Assembly: GCA_038850515.1 (NCBI GenBank)
Contig: JAWCLV010000002.1
Span: forward strand, 1,966 to 65,965
Length of the DNA: 64,000 bases
From: Candidatus Bathyarchaeia archaeon
Lineage (GTDB): Archaea > Thermoproteota > CALKCG01 > B24 > JAGTQN01
Direction: 5' to 3'
The position numbers were made by a program, and so were the translations under genes. Positions 25,979-36,148 of the stretch are shown in pieces. The number at the start of each line of letters is the position of its first letter. Positions within the stretch are counted from its first letter, which is position 1. A model generated the notes under the pieces. It did not search any database, had not been told where the DNA came from, and saw only the letters and a list, made by a program, of their open reading frames with translations.

Positions 25979-27604
25979 TTACATCCAAGGATAAAGGCAT
26001 CCCTTATCGGCTTGCATACAATGGTTATACCAAAGGGCTAGGGGTCCGCGCTTATAGTTGTACTGGGGCTCAGGGGGCTTCCATTCTTTAAGGCGCTCCT
26101 CTATTTGCTTATCCGTAAGCTTAACATCTATTCTACGATGCTTTAGGTCAAGCTCAATGACATCCCCATCCTCGACGATAGCCAAGGGACCGCCTACATA
26201 AGCCTCAGGGGATACGTGAAGGACATTCGTACCATAGTGGGTGCCGCTCGTCCTTCCATCTGAAACCCTGACCATGTCCATGATACCCTTTCTTACAAGG
26301 ACTGTAGGAATCGGAAGCATTCCTGTTTCTGGCATGCAGGCAGCCTTTGGTCCCTGATACCTAAGTACGAGGATATGGTCCTCAGAGACCTCCAAGTCCT
26401 CCTTTAGGAGGGTCCTGTAGGCTTCAGTAGTTGAGTTGAAGACTAAGGCTGGACCTTTGTGCTGAAGAAGTTCCCTATTGAGGCTTCCAGAATGCTTCAG
26501 AACAGCTCCATCCGGGGCAAGGTTTCCCCGAAGGATGGCCAAACCTCCCTCCGGTAGTATAGGATGATCAAGGGGCTTTATGACTTCCCGGTTCTTAACG
26601 GAAACCTTAGCAAGATTCTCCCCTACGGTTTTTCCAGTTACGGTAAGGGCATCCAAGTGAAGAAGGGGTTCAAGCTCCTTCATAACCGCCGGGATTCCTC
26701 CAGCTTTATGGAGATCCGTAGCGGCATAGCGCCCGCTTGGCTTTACGTCAGCGATAAAGGGCGTCGTACGGCTTAGTTCATCGAAGCGCTCTAAGGGAAG
26801 CCTCAGATCCGCCTGCCTGGCTAGGGCTATAAGGTGAATGATGGCGTTCGTAGAGCCTCCTATAGCCATAAGGACCCTTATGGCATTCTCCATGGACTTT
26901 TCCGTGATAATATCCTTGGGCTTTATGCCCTCCTTTAGAAGTTCCAAAACCTTCTTTCCGCTTGCCTCTGAAAGGGCTGAGGCCTCCGCCATGACGGCTG
27001 GAACGGATGCTGAGCCGGGAAGGCTCATGCCTATGGCTTCCGTGAGGCTCTGCATCGTATTGGCAGTCCCCATAGGGCCGCAGGCACCTGAACAAGGAAG
27101 CACGCATCGATGGAATTCTTCGAGATCCTCCTTCGTTATCCTTCCAGCCCTGTATTCGGCTTCAACCCATTGATAATCAGTACAGCATACGACTTCCTTT
27201 CCTTTCCAAGATCCAGGAAGCATGGAGCCTCCGAGCACGAATATAGATGGGATGTTAATCCTTACGCTTGCCATAAGTAAGGCTGGTATGTCCTTATCGC
27301 ATGTGCATATGAAGACTGACGCATCAGCGGGTTCAGATAGAAAGACTGACTCCGTTTCCATGGCTAATAGATTCCTATTCGGTAGGGTCTGGCCTGGGCA
27401 AAGGCTTAAGGTATTATACTCGAGGGGAAAGCCACCCGCTTGCCAAACTCCCCTTTTTACGGCTTCCGATAGATGCCTAAGATGGTTATGCCCCGGATTC
27501 CATTCGCTCCAGGTATTTACGACTTCCACGAGGGGTTTTCTTAGGTCCTCATCCAAGAAGCCCCCTGTTCGTATTAGGGCATCGAGGATCCAGCTCCTTG
27601 CCAA
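25979..27604 (-). CDS. IlvD/Edd family dehydratase (dihydroxy-acid or sugar-acid dehydratase)
   Basis: 541 aa with family-wide similarity (VVNTWSEWNPGHNHL, CDKDIPALLMA, GACGPMGTANTM, SDGRTSG). The substrate cannot be assigned. Confidence 0.85.
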   Translation of the reverse strand: MARSWILDALIRTGGFLDEDLRKPLVEVVNTWSEWNPGHNHLRHLSEAVKRGVWQAGGFPLEYNTLSLCPGQTLPNRNLLAMETESVFLSEPADASVFICTCDKDIPALLMASVRINIPSIFVLGGSMLPGSWKGKEVVCCTDYQWVEAEYRAGRITKEDLEEFHRCVLPCSGACGPMGTANTMQSLTEAIGMSLPGSASVPAVMAEASALSEASGKKVLELLKEGIKPKDIITEKSMENAIRVLMAIGGSTNAIIHLIALARQADLRLPLERFDELSRTTPFIADVKPSGRYAATDLHKAGGIPAVMKELEPLLHLDALTVTGKTVGENLAKVSVKNREVIKPLDHPILPEGGLAILRGNLAPDGAVLKHSGSLNRELLQHKGPALVFNSTTEAYRTLLKEDLEVSEDHILVLRYQGPKAACMPETGMLPIPTVLVRKGIMDMVRVSDGRTSGTHYGTNVLHVSPEAYVGGPLAIVEDGDVIELDLKHRRIDVKLTDKQIEERLKEWKPPEPQYNYKRGPLALWYNHCMQADKGCLYPWM

Positions 27605-28011
27605 GGACGATCACTCCTTGAATAAACCCTAAAGCCTCACTAGAAGCCATTAAGACGCTAAGCCTTCAAAAGCCTTTCTAATCCCATATTTTGTTAAAGG
27701 ATTCGAGACTTTGGAAAGTCGTCTCCTAGCGTCGATAAGCTATTGATTTAATGATCATAAATCCTGAATTTTGCGTAATTATTCCTAGACAAGTTAGTAA
27801 TGATCATCTGCTCGCCTTTCTAAAGCATCCTATATTAATACACCTTTGTCCTCAATGGATAATGAAGCTTCCATAGAGCTTAATTTAAACCTATTGAACT
27901 GAACGAACAATAGATTTCGAATTTTCCATCAACCATATTCCGGTTAACTTTTGAACATAACCTTTTCGAAAAATATCTTTTAAAGCTTTCCAAAGTTATA
28001 GTGCCTTTTCT

Positions 28012-29142
28012 TTAATGAATCTCTATATACGATCTAAGTCTTCTAAGGGCATAGAGCCTATCACGTTCTCCAAGCTTCGCCTTGTGGATCGAGTCTTCAA
28101 GGATTGCTATGGCTTCATCGTACTCCTTTCGCTTCACTGGAAAGGGCACACCATCCTTACCACCAAAGGCGAAGGAATATTTAACGGGATCCCTCCAGCT
28201 TGCCTTTTCTCCGAAAATAAGCTCGGATATAAGGGCAAGGCCCCTAACTGTCGCTGGACCTATACCTTCAAAGGCAAGGACCTGCTCATAGTTCTTTGGC
28301 TGGAATTCATAAAGCTTTGCTAGAGCTTTCCAGTTCATAGCCCTAGGGTTGAGCCTGTATTCAACTATATACTCAGGCTCTTTAAAGCCAAGGCTTTTAT
28401 GGGATAGCCATCTATCCAAGGATTCCTGACTCTTGAGGCGAAGGCTTTGGTAGAGCCTTTCAATCTTCGATGGAGGCTCCTTCGCAAGGTCTGTAGAAGC
28501 CTTTCGGCATCCATCACTCTCCCTAGCCGTCATATCGAGAACGTTCTTATGGACCATGCTTCCGATAATGCCTTCATGGGGCTCCTCAACGAAGCTCCTC
28601 ACATTCTTAGATAGCCAATGGTATCTTCTGGCGGCCCGAAGATCGGGATTCATACCCTGCTGTACTACGCACCATTCTCCATCTCTGGAAACAAAGATTG
28701 TATGATGATAAATCTTATAGCCCGCTTGTATAGCCGCATTATCGACCTTAGCCGTCATCCTACTCGCATACTGAAGCCTCGATAGATCCTCCTCCGAAAT
28801 ATCGAATCGTTTGGCGATATCCAAAAGATCTTCAGGAGCCTTTCTAGAGTGTTTCCCCTTCCCTCCAGCCACCTTAAGCCCTAGGTCCTCCTTATCCAAG
28901 ACTGTCTTCAAGACTCCACAGACTACCGTTGTTGTTCCGCTACTGTCCCAATCATACGCTAAAGCGCAAGAAAGGGCTTGAAACCAAAGGGGGTCCGAGA
29001 GCCTCTTTAAGACTTCTCCTTCTCCATACTCATCGATTATGACCTTTAGGATCCCTTGTGCAAGACGCTCCATCCTCGAGACAAGCCATTCAGGCGCCCT
29101 TCCATCGTGAAGCACTAGATCCGCATAGCCAGTTCTTTGCAA
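28012..29142 (-). CDS. DUF763-family protein
   Basis: 376 aa. The N-terminus MQRTGYADLVLHDGRAPEWLVSRMERLAQGI resembles the DUF763 N-terminus as I recall it. Confidence 0.5.
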   Translation of the reverse strand: MQRTGYADLVLHDGRAPEWLVSRMERLAQGILKVIIDEYGEGEVLKRLSDPLWFQALSCALAYDWDSSGTTTVVCGVLKTVLDKEDLGLKVAGGKGKHSRKAPEDLLDIAKRFDISEEDLSRLQYASRMTAKVDNAAIQAGYKIYHHTIFVSRDGEWCVVQQGMNPDLRAARRYHWLSKNVRSFVEEPHEGIIGSMVHKNVLDMTARESDGCRKASTDLAKEPPSKIERLYQSLRLKSQESLDRWLSHKSLGFKEPEYIVEYRLNPRAMNWKALAKLYEFQPKNYEQVLAFEGIGPATVRGLALISELIFGEKASWRDPVKYSFAFGGKDGVPFPVKRKEYDEAIAILEDSIHKAKLGERDRLYALRRLRSYIEIH

Positions 29143-29499
29143 GGCTCTCTTGAAAAAATATTACGATGCCTTTATTTAGCTTTTCGTGGAATTATTCTTG
29201 AATTTCAAATCAATCTTGTTAGCTTGGTTAGAAGGGACTACGTTTGGTTGGGCTTTGAAAATTTATAATAGCATTCGTCATGAAAACTTAATCTTCCCCT
29301 TCTAAGAAATTATCTACATATAAACTGAATAACGTCTTTTTATCAAATCGTCAAAATTGAAAATACGAAGCATATGCCAAGAAAAATCTTTCCCATTTTG
29401 CCAAATTTACCAAAGGCTTTCGTTAAAATAATTTTGATGATTTCTATATTGTGTGTAATTCTTCAGTTCGTAATAGGCAGAGGATGCCTGCTTCCGAAG

Positions 29500-30162
29500 T
29501 TATAGAATTTGCTTTCTAGGTAACCTTCTCAAAACTTCTATTCGAAGATCTTTCGCTAAGTTCTCGGCAGCACTATCGATCCTTATGCCAGCTATAAGAG
29601 CTCTTGTAGGCCTTTTAAATGTCCTTTCTACAATTTCTTGCTTTCTTGCAAGGTTTCGTACATCTTCACCTCGGACAACACTCTTGACCTCAATAACAAT
29701 GGCTTCATTATCCCTGAAGACTGCATCGATCTCCCTTCCCTCGACCATCAGGCTTCTGATTTCCTCGAGGCCCAAGCCACGACGCCTAAGGTCATCCCCA
29801 AACTTTTCGATTAAATAGTCCTCCACAAGGACGCCAAGAGTCTCGCCCAGCCCACCAATCTCCTTCCTTAAACTTCTCAGTTCTAAGGCTATTTCATTGA
29901 ATTTTTTGTCATGTTCTTCAAACCTTGCGCTAAACTGTGCATACATTTGGCCAAAGTCCTCCCTAAGCTTTGCCTGTTCCTTGGCTAACCTACTTTGCTC
30001 TTCCACCAGCTTCCCAAAGTCCTCCCTAAGCTTTGCCTGTCCTTCTGTGAGGTCGCCCAGCTTTTTTAGAATCTCAGATAAACCTAAATATCCAGCCACT
30101 GTGTATCTGAACTCCTTGTCCTTATCAAGGAGCTCTAAGATTTCGCTTTTTAATACATCCAT
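29500..30162 (-). CDS. coiled-coil protein with C-terminal PD-(D/E)xK-like module (DUF3782-like)
   Basis: 220 aa. Repeated AKLREDFG heptad region, and a C-terminal EIDAVFRDNEAIVIEVKS. Flanked on both sides by AT-rich spacers of more than 300 nt. Confidence 0.45.
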   Translation of the reverse strand: MDVLKSEILELLDKDKEFRYTVAGYLGLSEILKKLGDLTEGQAKLREDFGKLVEEQSRLAKEQAKLREDFGQMYAQFSARFEEHDKKFNEIALELRSLRKEIGGLGETLGVLVEDYLIEKFGDDLRRRGLGLEEIRSLMVEGREIDAVFRDNEAIVIEVKSVVRGEDVRNLARKQEIVERTFKRPTRALIAGIRIDSAAENLAKDLRIEVLRRLPRKQIL

Positions 30163-30472
30163 TGCAAGAAAATAAATTAAAGGTAGTATTTAAACCTGCA
30201 TCTCCATTTGCGATTGGCGTGAGCATCAGATCTGTTCTTTTATCATTATTATTAGATATTTTTTCAAATAAGATTTTTATAAATCTTATTTCATCTTAAC
30301 GCCTAAGAGCAACTTTCATCAATTTTCTAAGTTTTATAACCTTATAGAAAATGGGGTTTAAGGTTGAGTGTAAAATTGGAAACTATCAAACTTAGAAATT
30401 TTTATCATAGTTATACATATTTTTCAAGTCCTTTACTCTTCTGCGACGGTAAAGGCTTAAATTCCCGCAACC

Positions 30473-31282
30473 TTGGATTATGAGACGAAAGGATTTTGGC
30501 GAAATTCCTCCTTTGGCTTAAAGCCATGGGCATCTCGTGGGACTTGGTGTAAAGCCTTGGAGGCTAGTTTCCTAGAGGCTATAAAGGAAGTTCTTGCAAA
30601 GAAGATAGCCGGAGAAATCGTCTTTTCTCCAAATCCAAGTTTCATGTTTAGAAAGTGGAGGGAAGCCTTTGGATGTTCCGAGGCAAATCTCGCTAAGAGA
30701 CTCGGAACCAGGCCATCTGTCATAAGCGACTACGAAACCGGGAGGCGCCAGTCGCCAGGAGCTGCCTTCATTCGCCGCTTCATCGAGGCGCTAATATCCT
30801 TTGATGAGGAAAGAGGGGGCATGCGCATTATGGAGTTTGCCCGTCTCATGAGCAATCTTCCAGACGCTATTTTGGACATGAAGGAATTCGCCACTCCTGT
30901 AAGCGCATCCAAGCTTTGTGAAGCTGTTATGGGAGTGGTAGTCGCTTATCCTAAAGGACTTAACCGTCTCGTGTATGGCTATACGGTTGCAGACTCAATA
31001 AAAGCGATATTGACCCTTTCAGGAAGTGACTTCTTGCGCCTCATAGGCTCTACGACTGAGAGGGCCCTCATCCTTACAAGGGTTACCCACGGAAGATCTC
31101 CTATGGTTGCCGTGAGGGTTCATCCTTTAAAACCTTGTATGGTTGTCCTCCATGGACTTAGAGAAGAAGAAGTCGATAGGGAACTAGCTGTCAAAATAGC
31201 GGAATTCGAGAGGATCCCCCTCATCGTTTCAAAAGCTCCAAGCATCGACAAGATAATCGAAGCCCTCCGAGGCCTGGGATAA
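30473..31282 (+). CDS. HTH (XRE-type) transcriptional regulator, COG1395-like
   Basis: WREAFGCSEANLAKRLGTRPSVISDYETGRRQSPG is an HTH. The likely true start is the in-frame TTG at 30557 (MEASFLEAIKEVLAKKIAGE). Confidence 0.65.
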   Translation: MDYETKGFWRNSSFGLKPWASRGTWCKALEASFLEAIKEVLAKKIAGEIVFSPNPSFMFRKWREAFGCSEANLAKRLGTRPSVISDYETGRRQSPGAAFIRRFIEALISFDEERGGMRIMEFARLMSNLPDAILDMKEFATPVSASKLCEAVMGVVVAYPKGLNRLVYGYTVADSIKAILTLSGSDFLRLIGSTTERALILTRVTHGRSPMVAVRVHPLKPCMVVLHGLREEEVDRELAVKIAEFERIPLIVSKAPSIDKIIEALRGLG

Positions 31283-31455
31283 AGGACTTTGCACAAATAG
31301 AATTAAAGAATACCAAAACGACATAAACAGGAAAATCTAAGCAAACCTGAAGAAAGATGAAGACATGCAATAAGTCATATAATACTAAAGGGACTCTAAT
31401 AAAGAAAAACTTTTCTAACTTTCTGATATTTTATTTTTCTTGGCGAATATTTTAA

Positions 31456-31551
31456 TTAAGGAATGCCAATAAAACCCGCTAGAAGATAACCTAAAGCGAT
31501 CGATATGAGGATAATAACCGCCATTAGGAAGGTCATCTCCGTAGAAGACAT
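31456..31551 (-). CDS. possible 31-aa single-pass membrane peptide
   Basis: Reverse-strand ORF MSSTEMTFLMAVIILISIALGYLLAGFIGIP. Supported only by its hydrophobicity. Confidence 0.2.
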   Translation of the reverse strand: MSSTEMTFLMAVIILISIALGYLLAGFIGIP

Positions 31552-31848
31552 CGACCTTTTCAACAATCTATCCCTCCTTAACTTTTTCTTGGAAACCTCT
31601 AAAAGGAGAAGCTAGCTTATAAAGTTTCGAGAAAGGAAAAGTCCTTTCAAAGGGTAGAGATCAACCTTGAGCATTTTTACGAGGCGGGCGAACAATCTTT
31701 TTTAGATGGGAAATGCTCTATGGGACAAACCTATGAAGAATGATTCAATGAAACCTCTGGAGATTAGTAAGAATGTACAATGATTCTAAGTTTAATTCCT
31801 TCTTAAGCCCATTTTTATTCAAAAATCACTTTTTGATAGGAGAAGACC

Positions 31849-32709
31849 TTGATAACCCTCGGAAAACTCCGTGGTTTCATACGTTTGATGCGCCCGGTAA
31901 ATTGCCTTATGATGGGCTTTGCCGTTATTGTGGGCGCCGTAATATCATATCCAAAGGCCTTGATCTTCCTTTGGGGGAAAATTTTCCTAGGAGCCCTCAC
32001 AGGATTTCTTCTAACAGCTTCTTCCATGGCGATAAATGACTACTACGATAGAGAAATCGATGCTATCAACGAACCTAGTCGTCCAATTCCGAGCGGCCTC
32101 ATAAAGCCAAAGGAGGCTTTCTCATACGCCTTCCTTCTTATGGTTCTAGGATTCATAGCCTCTTTCTTTACAAGTCTCCTTTGTCTTATCATAGCTGCCT
32201 TGGCATGGATTATTTGTGTAACTTATACGACCGTCGGTAAACGAACTGGATTTCTAGGAAATCTTCTCGTGAGTGCATGCGTTTCTGTACCTTTTATTTA
32301 TGGAAGCGTTGCAGCCGCCGATAAAATCCATGAAAATATCTTGATCTTCGTCTTGATGGTCTTCCTTTCTAATACGGGAAGGGAGGTTAATAAAGGAATT
32401 GTCGATGTCGAGGGAGATAGGGCAAGAAATGTAAAGACCATAGCCGTCTGCTATGGTGAAAAAAAGGCGGCCATGATAGCTTCAGCTCTTTACATTTTTT
32501 CGGTATTCCTAAGTCCCATGCCCTGGATCCTTGGTTTAGTTTCCTTTCCCTTCGTCCCTATTGTTGCCATAGCCGACTTTGGACTCATGGTATCCTCTAT
32601 TCTTCTCCTAAAGGACTTTTCAAAGGGTATGGCGAAGAAGGTGAAGAATCTAGCCCTCCTTTCCTTCATGGCTGGCCTTATAGCCTTTCTTTTCGGGACC
32701 CTTTTTTAG
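31849..32709 (+). CDS. UbiA-family prenyltransferase, likely digeranylgeranylglyceryl phosphate (DGGGP) synthase
   Basis: 286 aa, multi-pass membrane protein, with the NDYYDREIDAINEPSRPIPSG Asp-rich motif. Confidence 0.8.
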   Translation: MITLGKLRGFIRLMRPVNCLMMGFAVIVGAVISYPKALIFLWGKIFLGALTGFLLTASSMAINDYYDREIDAINEPSRPIPSGLIKPKEAFSYAFLLMVLGFIASFFTSLLCLIIAALAWIICVTYTTVGKRTGFLGNLLVSACVSVPFIYGSVAAADKIHENILIFVLMVFLSNTGREVNKGIVDVEGDRARNVKTIAVCYGEKKAAMIASALYIFSVFLSPMPWILGLVSFPFVPIVAIADFGLMVSSILLLKDFSKGMAKKVKNLALLSFMAGLIAFLFGTLF

Positions 32710-32812
32710 ATTAGTCGAGTGCCCTTGATAAATTAAGGAATCTTCGATTATATTCGAAAAGGGCTGAGGATAAAACTAATGGGGATCTCTCAAGAATCAT
32801 TTATGAAGGGCC

Positions 32813-33607
32813 TTGGCAGGAATTATGAAGGTAGGATGTTGCGGCTTTGCCATAAAGGGTGGAATGAGGGCCTATTTCGAGACCTTTAGGCTAGTAGAAC
32901 TCCAATCGACCTTCTACAAGCTTCCGAAACCTGATACGGCGAAGCGATGGAGGGAAAAAGCTCCGGAAGATTTTGAATTTACTATGAAGGCCTTCCAAGG
33001 CTTAACCCACCCTCCTACAAGCCCCACATGGCGAAGGGCAGGCTTCAAACCTGATCCTTCAATGGCTTCGAAGATAGGTTTTTTAAAGCCTACGGAAGAG
33101 AATCTTCGCTTCTGGGATAAAACGCGCCTGATCGCAGAGGTTTTAAAAGCAAAAATCGTAGTGATCCAATGCCCTCCTACCTTCGCCTATTCAGACGAAT
33201 CCGTCTCAAACCTTAGAGCCTTCTTTAACTCGATTCGAAGAGATGGTTTATTCTTGGCCCTTGAGCTTAGGAATCCTAGCTGGAGCATCGAAAAGGCAGA
33301 AAGGCTTCTAGAAGAGCTCTCCCTGATCCTTGCGGTTGATCCCTTCAAAAGGAGCCCTGTCGAATCTAAAGAAGGGATCCTATACTATAGGCTTCATGGC
33401 CTTGGGCCTCGACCGTACGCGTATAGATATACGGAGGAAGATATGAAGCGCCTTTACTTCGATTTTGTTAGACCCTTCCTAAAAGTCCATAGGGAGATTT
33501 ATGTCCTTTGGAACAATATTGCAATGGCTAAAGACGCCAAACGTTTTTTGGAGCTCTATGGAAAGATTAGTGATAATCAGGTTCGCGCTCGTTCCTCTAG
33601 TCAATGA
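32813..33607 (+). CDS. DUF72 (UPF0759) family protein
   Basis: 264 aa. VGCCGFA...FRLVELQSTFYKLP...WREKAPEDFEFTMKA is the typical DUF72 N-terminus. Confidence 0.7.
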   Translation: MAGIMKVGCCGFAIKGGMRAYFETFRLVELQSTFYKLPKPDTAKRWREKAPEDFEFTMKAFQGLTHPPTSPTWRRAGFKPDPSMASKIGFLKPTEENLRFWDKTRLIAEVLKAKIVVIQCPPTFAYSDESVSNLRAFFNSIRRDGLFLALELRNPSWSIEKAERLLEELSLILAVDPFKRSPVESKEGILYYRLHGLGPRPYAYRYTEEDMKRLYFDFVRPFLKVHREIYVLWNNIAMAKDAKRFLELYGKISDNQVRARSSSQ

Positions 33608-34455
33608 TACTTGGTATATCTCCTATCTTCTTATGTCCTTTATGACTTGAGAGATACGTCTGGCTTTGGCGATAGCCAAGAAGGGGGTTTTGAACTCATC
33701 CCTAGGCAAGGTGACTCGTGGAGTAGGATGCCCTTAATGAGGATCGGAAGCTGTTAAGAAGGGCAGACTTGCAAGAGATCTTATGATCAGCATAGCGATA
33801 TCTTTGTAGGATTTGCTAGAGACAGATCCGCGACCTTAACGGAACCTTGTTCGCTTGGACTGGGCTTAGACTTGGAGGCTCAAACCGTAACAAATCTACA
33901 CTACAAGCTTGGCATGGCTCCTTGGATTCGGCAATGGAAGGTTGATAGGGTAGAAAGGCCTTCGGGAAGATTGTGGAACCCTTTGGCGATGCATGAATTA
34001 AAACAATCTCAGCACCTCGGGGCTTAGCGAGAGGTTGAGAGTGGTGAAGCTTTTAGGCATAAGGAGATTAAGGGCAAGTCAAAGCAAAGCCTAAGCCTTA
34101 GACCAATGATCGGGGAAGGCTTAGGGAAAGCTCTACTAAGGATAGGCTTCCATTCTCTTCTTCACAGCCCTAGTGGATGCAGGCTCAGTCTCGCCTCCAG
34201 AGCATCTTAAGTAGAATCGGCTGTAGTAGAGGGACCGTACTGGGAAGGTCTCCTATTATGCCAAAGGTACCCCGCGAATACGAGGATGTAGATAGAGAGA
34301 CCTATATTCGCAAGGCAACCGAATGGCTAATAGCGGTAACCATGGGAGGGGGCCAAGGCGTTTAGGTTTACATATACTCAATATTTTTTCCGTATAAAAT
34401 ATTTATCTAGGAATATTATAATCAATTATTCGCTCGTTATAAGGGAGATAGAAAA

Positions 34456-35532
34456 ATGGCTAAAAAGATCCGAGTGGCTCTAGTAGGTATCGGTAATTGT
34501 GCCTCAGCCCTCGTTCAAGGAGTCCATCTATACAAAAGCTCAGAAATGGCTGATTCGGCCCTTGGGCTTCTACAACTCAACCTAGGAGGCTATAGACCTG
34601 GCGATATCGAATTCGTTGCAGCCTTCGATGTAGATTCCAACAAGGTTGGAAAGGATCTTTCGGAGGCGATTTTCCAAAGACCCAACAACACGAGGAGAAT
34701 GGTAGAGCCCCCAAGACTTGGGGTTCCCGTTCTTAGAGGACCTGTCTTGGATGGTTTGGGGAGATTTGTGAAGCCTCTAATCAAGACAGATCCAAGCCTT
34801 AGACCGGTCGATGTGGCTCAAGCCTTGAAGGAAGCTGAAGCCGAGATCCTTATTAACTATCTGCCCGTGGGGAGTGAGGCGGCCTCAAGGTTCTATGCCA
34901 AAGAGGCCTTGAAGGCCCGATGTGGCTTCATCAATGCGATTCCTGTCTTCATCGCCTCGTCAAAAGAATGGCAAAGGCGCTTTAAGAAAGCTGGTCTTCC
35001 CTTGGCTGGGGATGACGTTATGAGCCAGCTAGGGGCTACGGTCCTTCATAAGACCCTCGCGAAGCTTCTAGTAGAGCGAGGAGTTAAGGTGGAGGAGAGC
35101 TATCAGCTAAACATCGGTGGCGATACGGACTTTCTAAACATGCTTGAGGAAGGGAGGCTAAAATCCAAGAGGGAGAGCAAAACAAGCGCCGTAAAGGCCA
35201 TGATACCCTATGATATTCCTCTGCGTATCGGACCCAGCGACTATGTCGAATTCCTTGCCAATAAGAAGATATGCTACATTTGGATAAAGGGCTCATACTT
35301 CGGGGGAACACCCTTAAGCCTTGATGTGAAGCTTGAGGTCTGGGATGCTCCGAACTCCGCAGGAGTCATCATCGATGTCGTAAGGGTTATGAAGGTTGCT
35401 CTGGATAGAGGAATCGCAGGACCCTTGACGAGTATCTCCGCTTACGCCTTCAAGCATCCGCCCATCCAGCTCCCTTACGAGGTTGCCAAGAAAAGAGTTC
35501 AAGAATTCTTAGAAGGATTAAGGCAACGCTAG
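34456..35532 (+). CDS. ino1: myo-inositol-1-phosphate synthase (archaeal short form)
   Basis: 358 aa. The N-terminal Rossmann IRVALVGIGNCASALVQG and the overall length fit archaeal MIPS. Confidence 0.8.
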   Translation: MAKKIRVALVGIGNCASALVQGVHLYKSSEMADSALGLLQLNLGGYRPGDIEFVAAFDVDSNKVGKDLSEAIFQRPNNTRRMVEPPRLGVPVLRGPVLDGLGRFVKPLIKTDPSLRPVDVAQALKEAEAEILINYLPVGSEAASRFYAKEALKARCGFINAIPVFIASSKEWQRRFKKAGLPLAGDDVMSQLGATVLHKTLAKLLVERGVKVEESYQLNIGGDTDFLNMLEEGRLKSKRESKTSAVKAMIPYDIPLRIGPSDYVEFLANKKICYIWIKGSYFGGTPLSLDVKLEVWDAPNSAGVIIDVVRVMKVALDRGIAGPLTSISAYAFKHPPIQLPYEVAKKRVQEFLEGLRQR

Positions 35533-35678
35533 GACTTCTTATCCCAAAGCTCTCTTCTTAGGAGATCCCGAACCGCCGCCCTTATGGCTGCGCTTCGACT
35601 CGGATACATGCCGGATCTCACAAGCTCATCGATACCTTCGATGAGGGCCTCTGGAAGCTTGATGGTTACGAGCTTCAT
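35529..35678 (-). CDS. ribbon-helix-helix protein, 49 aa (paralog of 16186-16338)
   Basis: Not in the ORF track. Translates to MKLVTIKLPEALIEGIDELVRSGMYPSRSAAIRAAVRDLLRRELWDKKS. Its stop codon overlaps the ino1 stop within a shared CTAG. Confidence 0.55.
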   Translation of the reverse strand: MKLVTIKLPEALIEGIDELVRSGMYPSRSAAIRAAVRDLLRRELWDKKS

Positions 35679-35815
35679 GGCGAGCCATCCAGGGTATCCA
35701 TAGAGAACTAGTCATAACTGTTATAGTAAATCGGTAATAAGCTTAATTATCGAAAAGAATAAGGTTTCAAAAATTTTTTATCGATCCTTAGCTTTGAATT
35801 AGGAGGGATGAAAAA

Positions 35816-36148
35816 TTGGGTGGTGCTAGGAAGAAGTCGATTTCTCAGATGATGAAATCCCAAGTCATCGAAACGAAAAAAGAAGAAAAGGGTAAGAAGA
35901 AAGAAGTAAAGCCTTCCAAGACTTCTGAGAAAGGCGAGGGGGCCATCCAGAACCTCAATATCGAAAGCAAGGAGTTTCTAGAGGAAATCAAAAAAATGGG
36001 TGCCATCACTCCCTATGCCATCGCCTCCAAGTTCGGCGTAAGGATAAGCACCGCCAAAGAGGTTCTTCGAAGGCTTAATTCAAGGGGAATTCTCCAAAGC
36101 ATCGGGGGAAACAATAGAATTAGAATCTTTCGGATGGCATCCACTTAG
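35816..36148 (+). CDS. rps25e: ribosomal protein eS25
   Basis: 110 aa. MGGARKKSIS..., a Lys-rich linker, and ITPYAIASKFGVRISTAKEVLRRL (wH), as in archaeal S25e. Confidence 0.8.
   Translation: MGGARKKSISQMMKSQVIETKKEEKGKKKEVKPSKTSEKGEGAIQNLNIESKEFLEEIKKMGAITPYAIASKFGVRISTAKEVLRRLNSRGILQSIGGNNRIRIFRMAST

Noticed and set aside
29951-30040. Direct repeats as a CRISPR fragment
   Set aside because: There are only two 27-nt copies, both inside a coding sequence and encoding a repeated peptide. There are no further repeats and no cas genes.
34177-34365. 62-aa ORF as a real gene
   Set aside because: It has no motif, no ribosome-binding context and no supporting paralog. It lies inside the compositionally odd non-coding stretch.
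33608-34455. Identification of the ORF-free region as RNase P RNA or SRP RNA
   Set aside because: There are only loose resemblances: GUAGAAAGGCC versus CR-I, GGCUUAG versus CR-V, and GGCAACCGAAUGGC. Their order and spacing do not fit type A or T RNase P, and no SRP helix-8 motif is present. It is kept only as an unknown candidate RNA.
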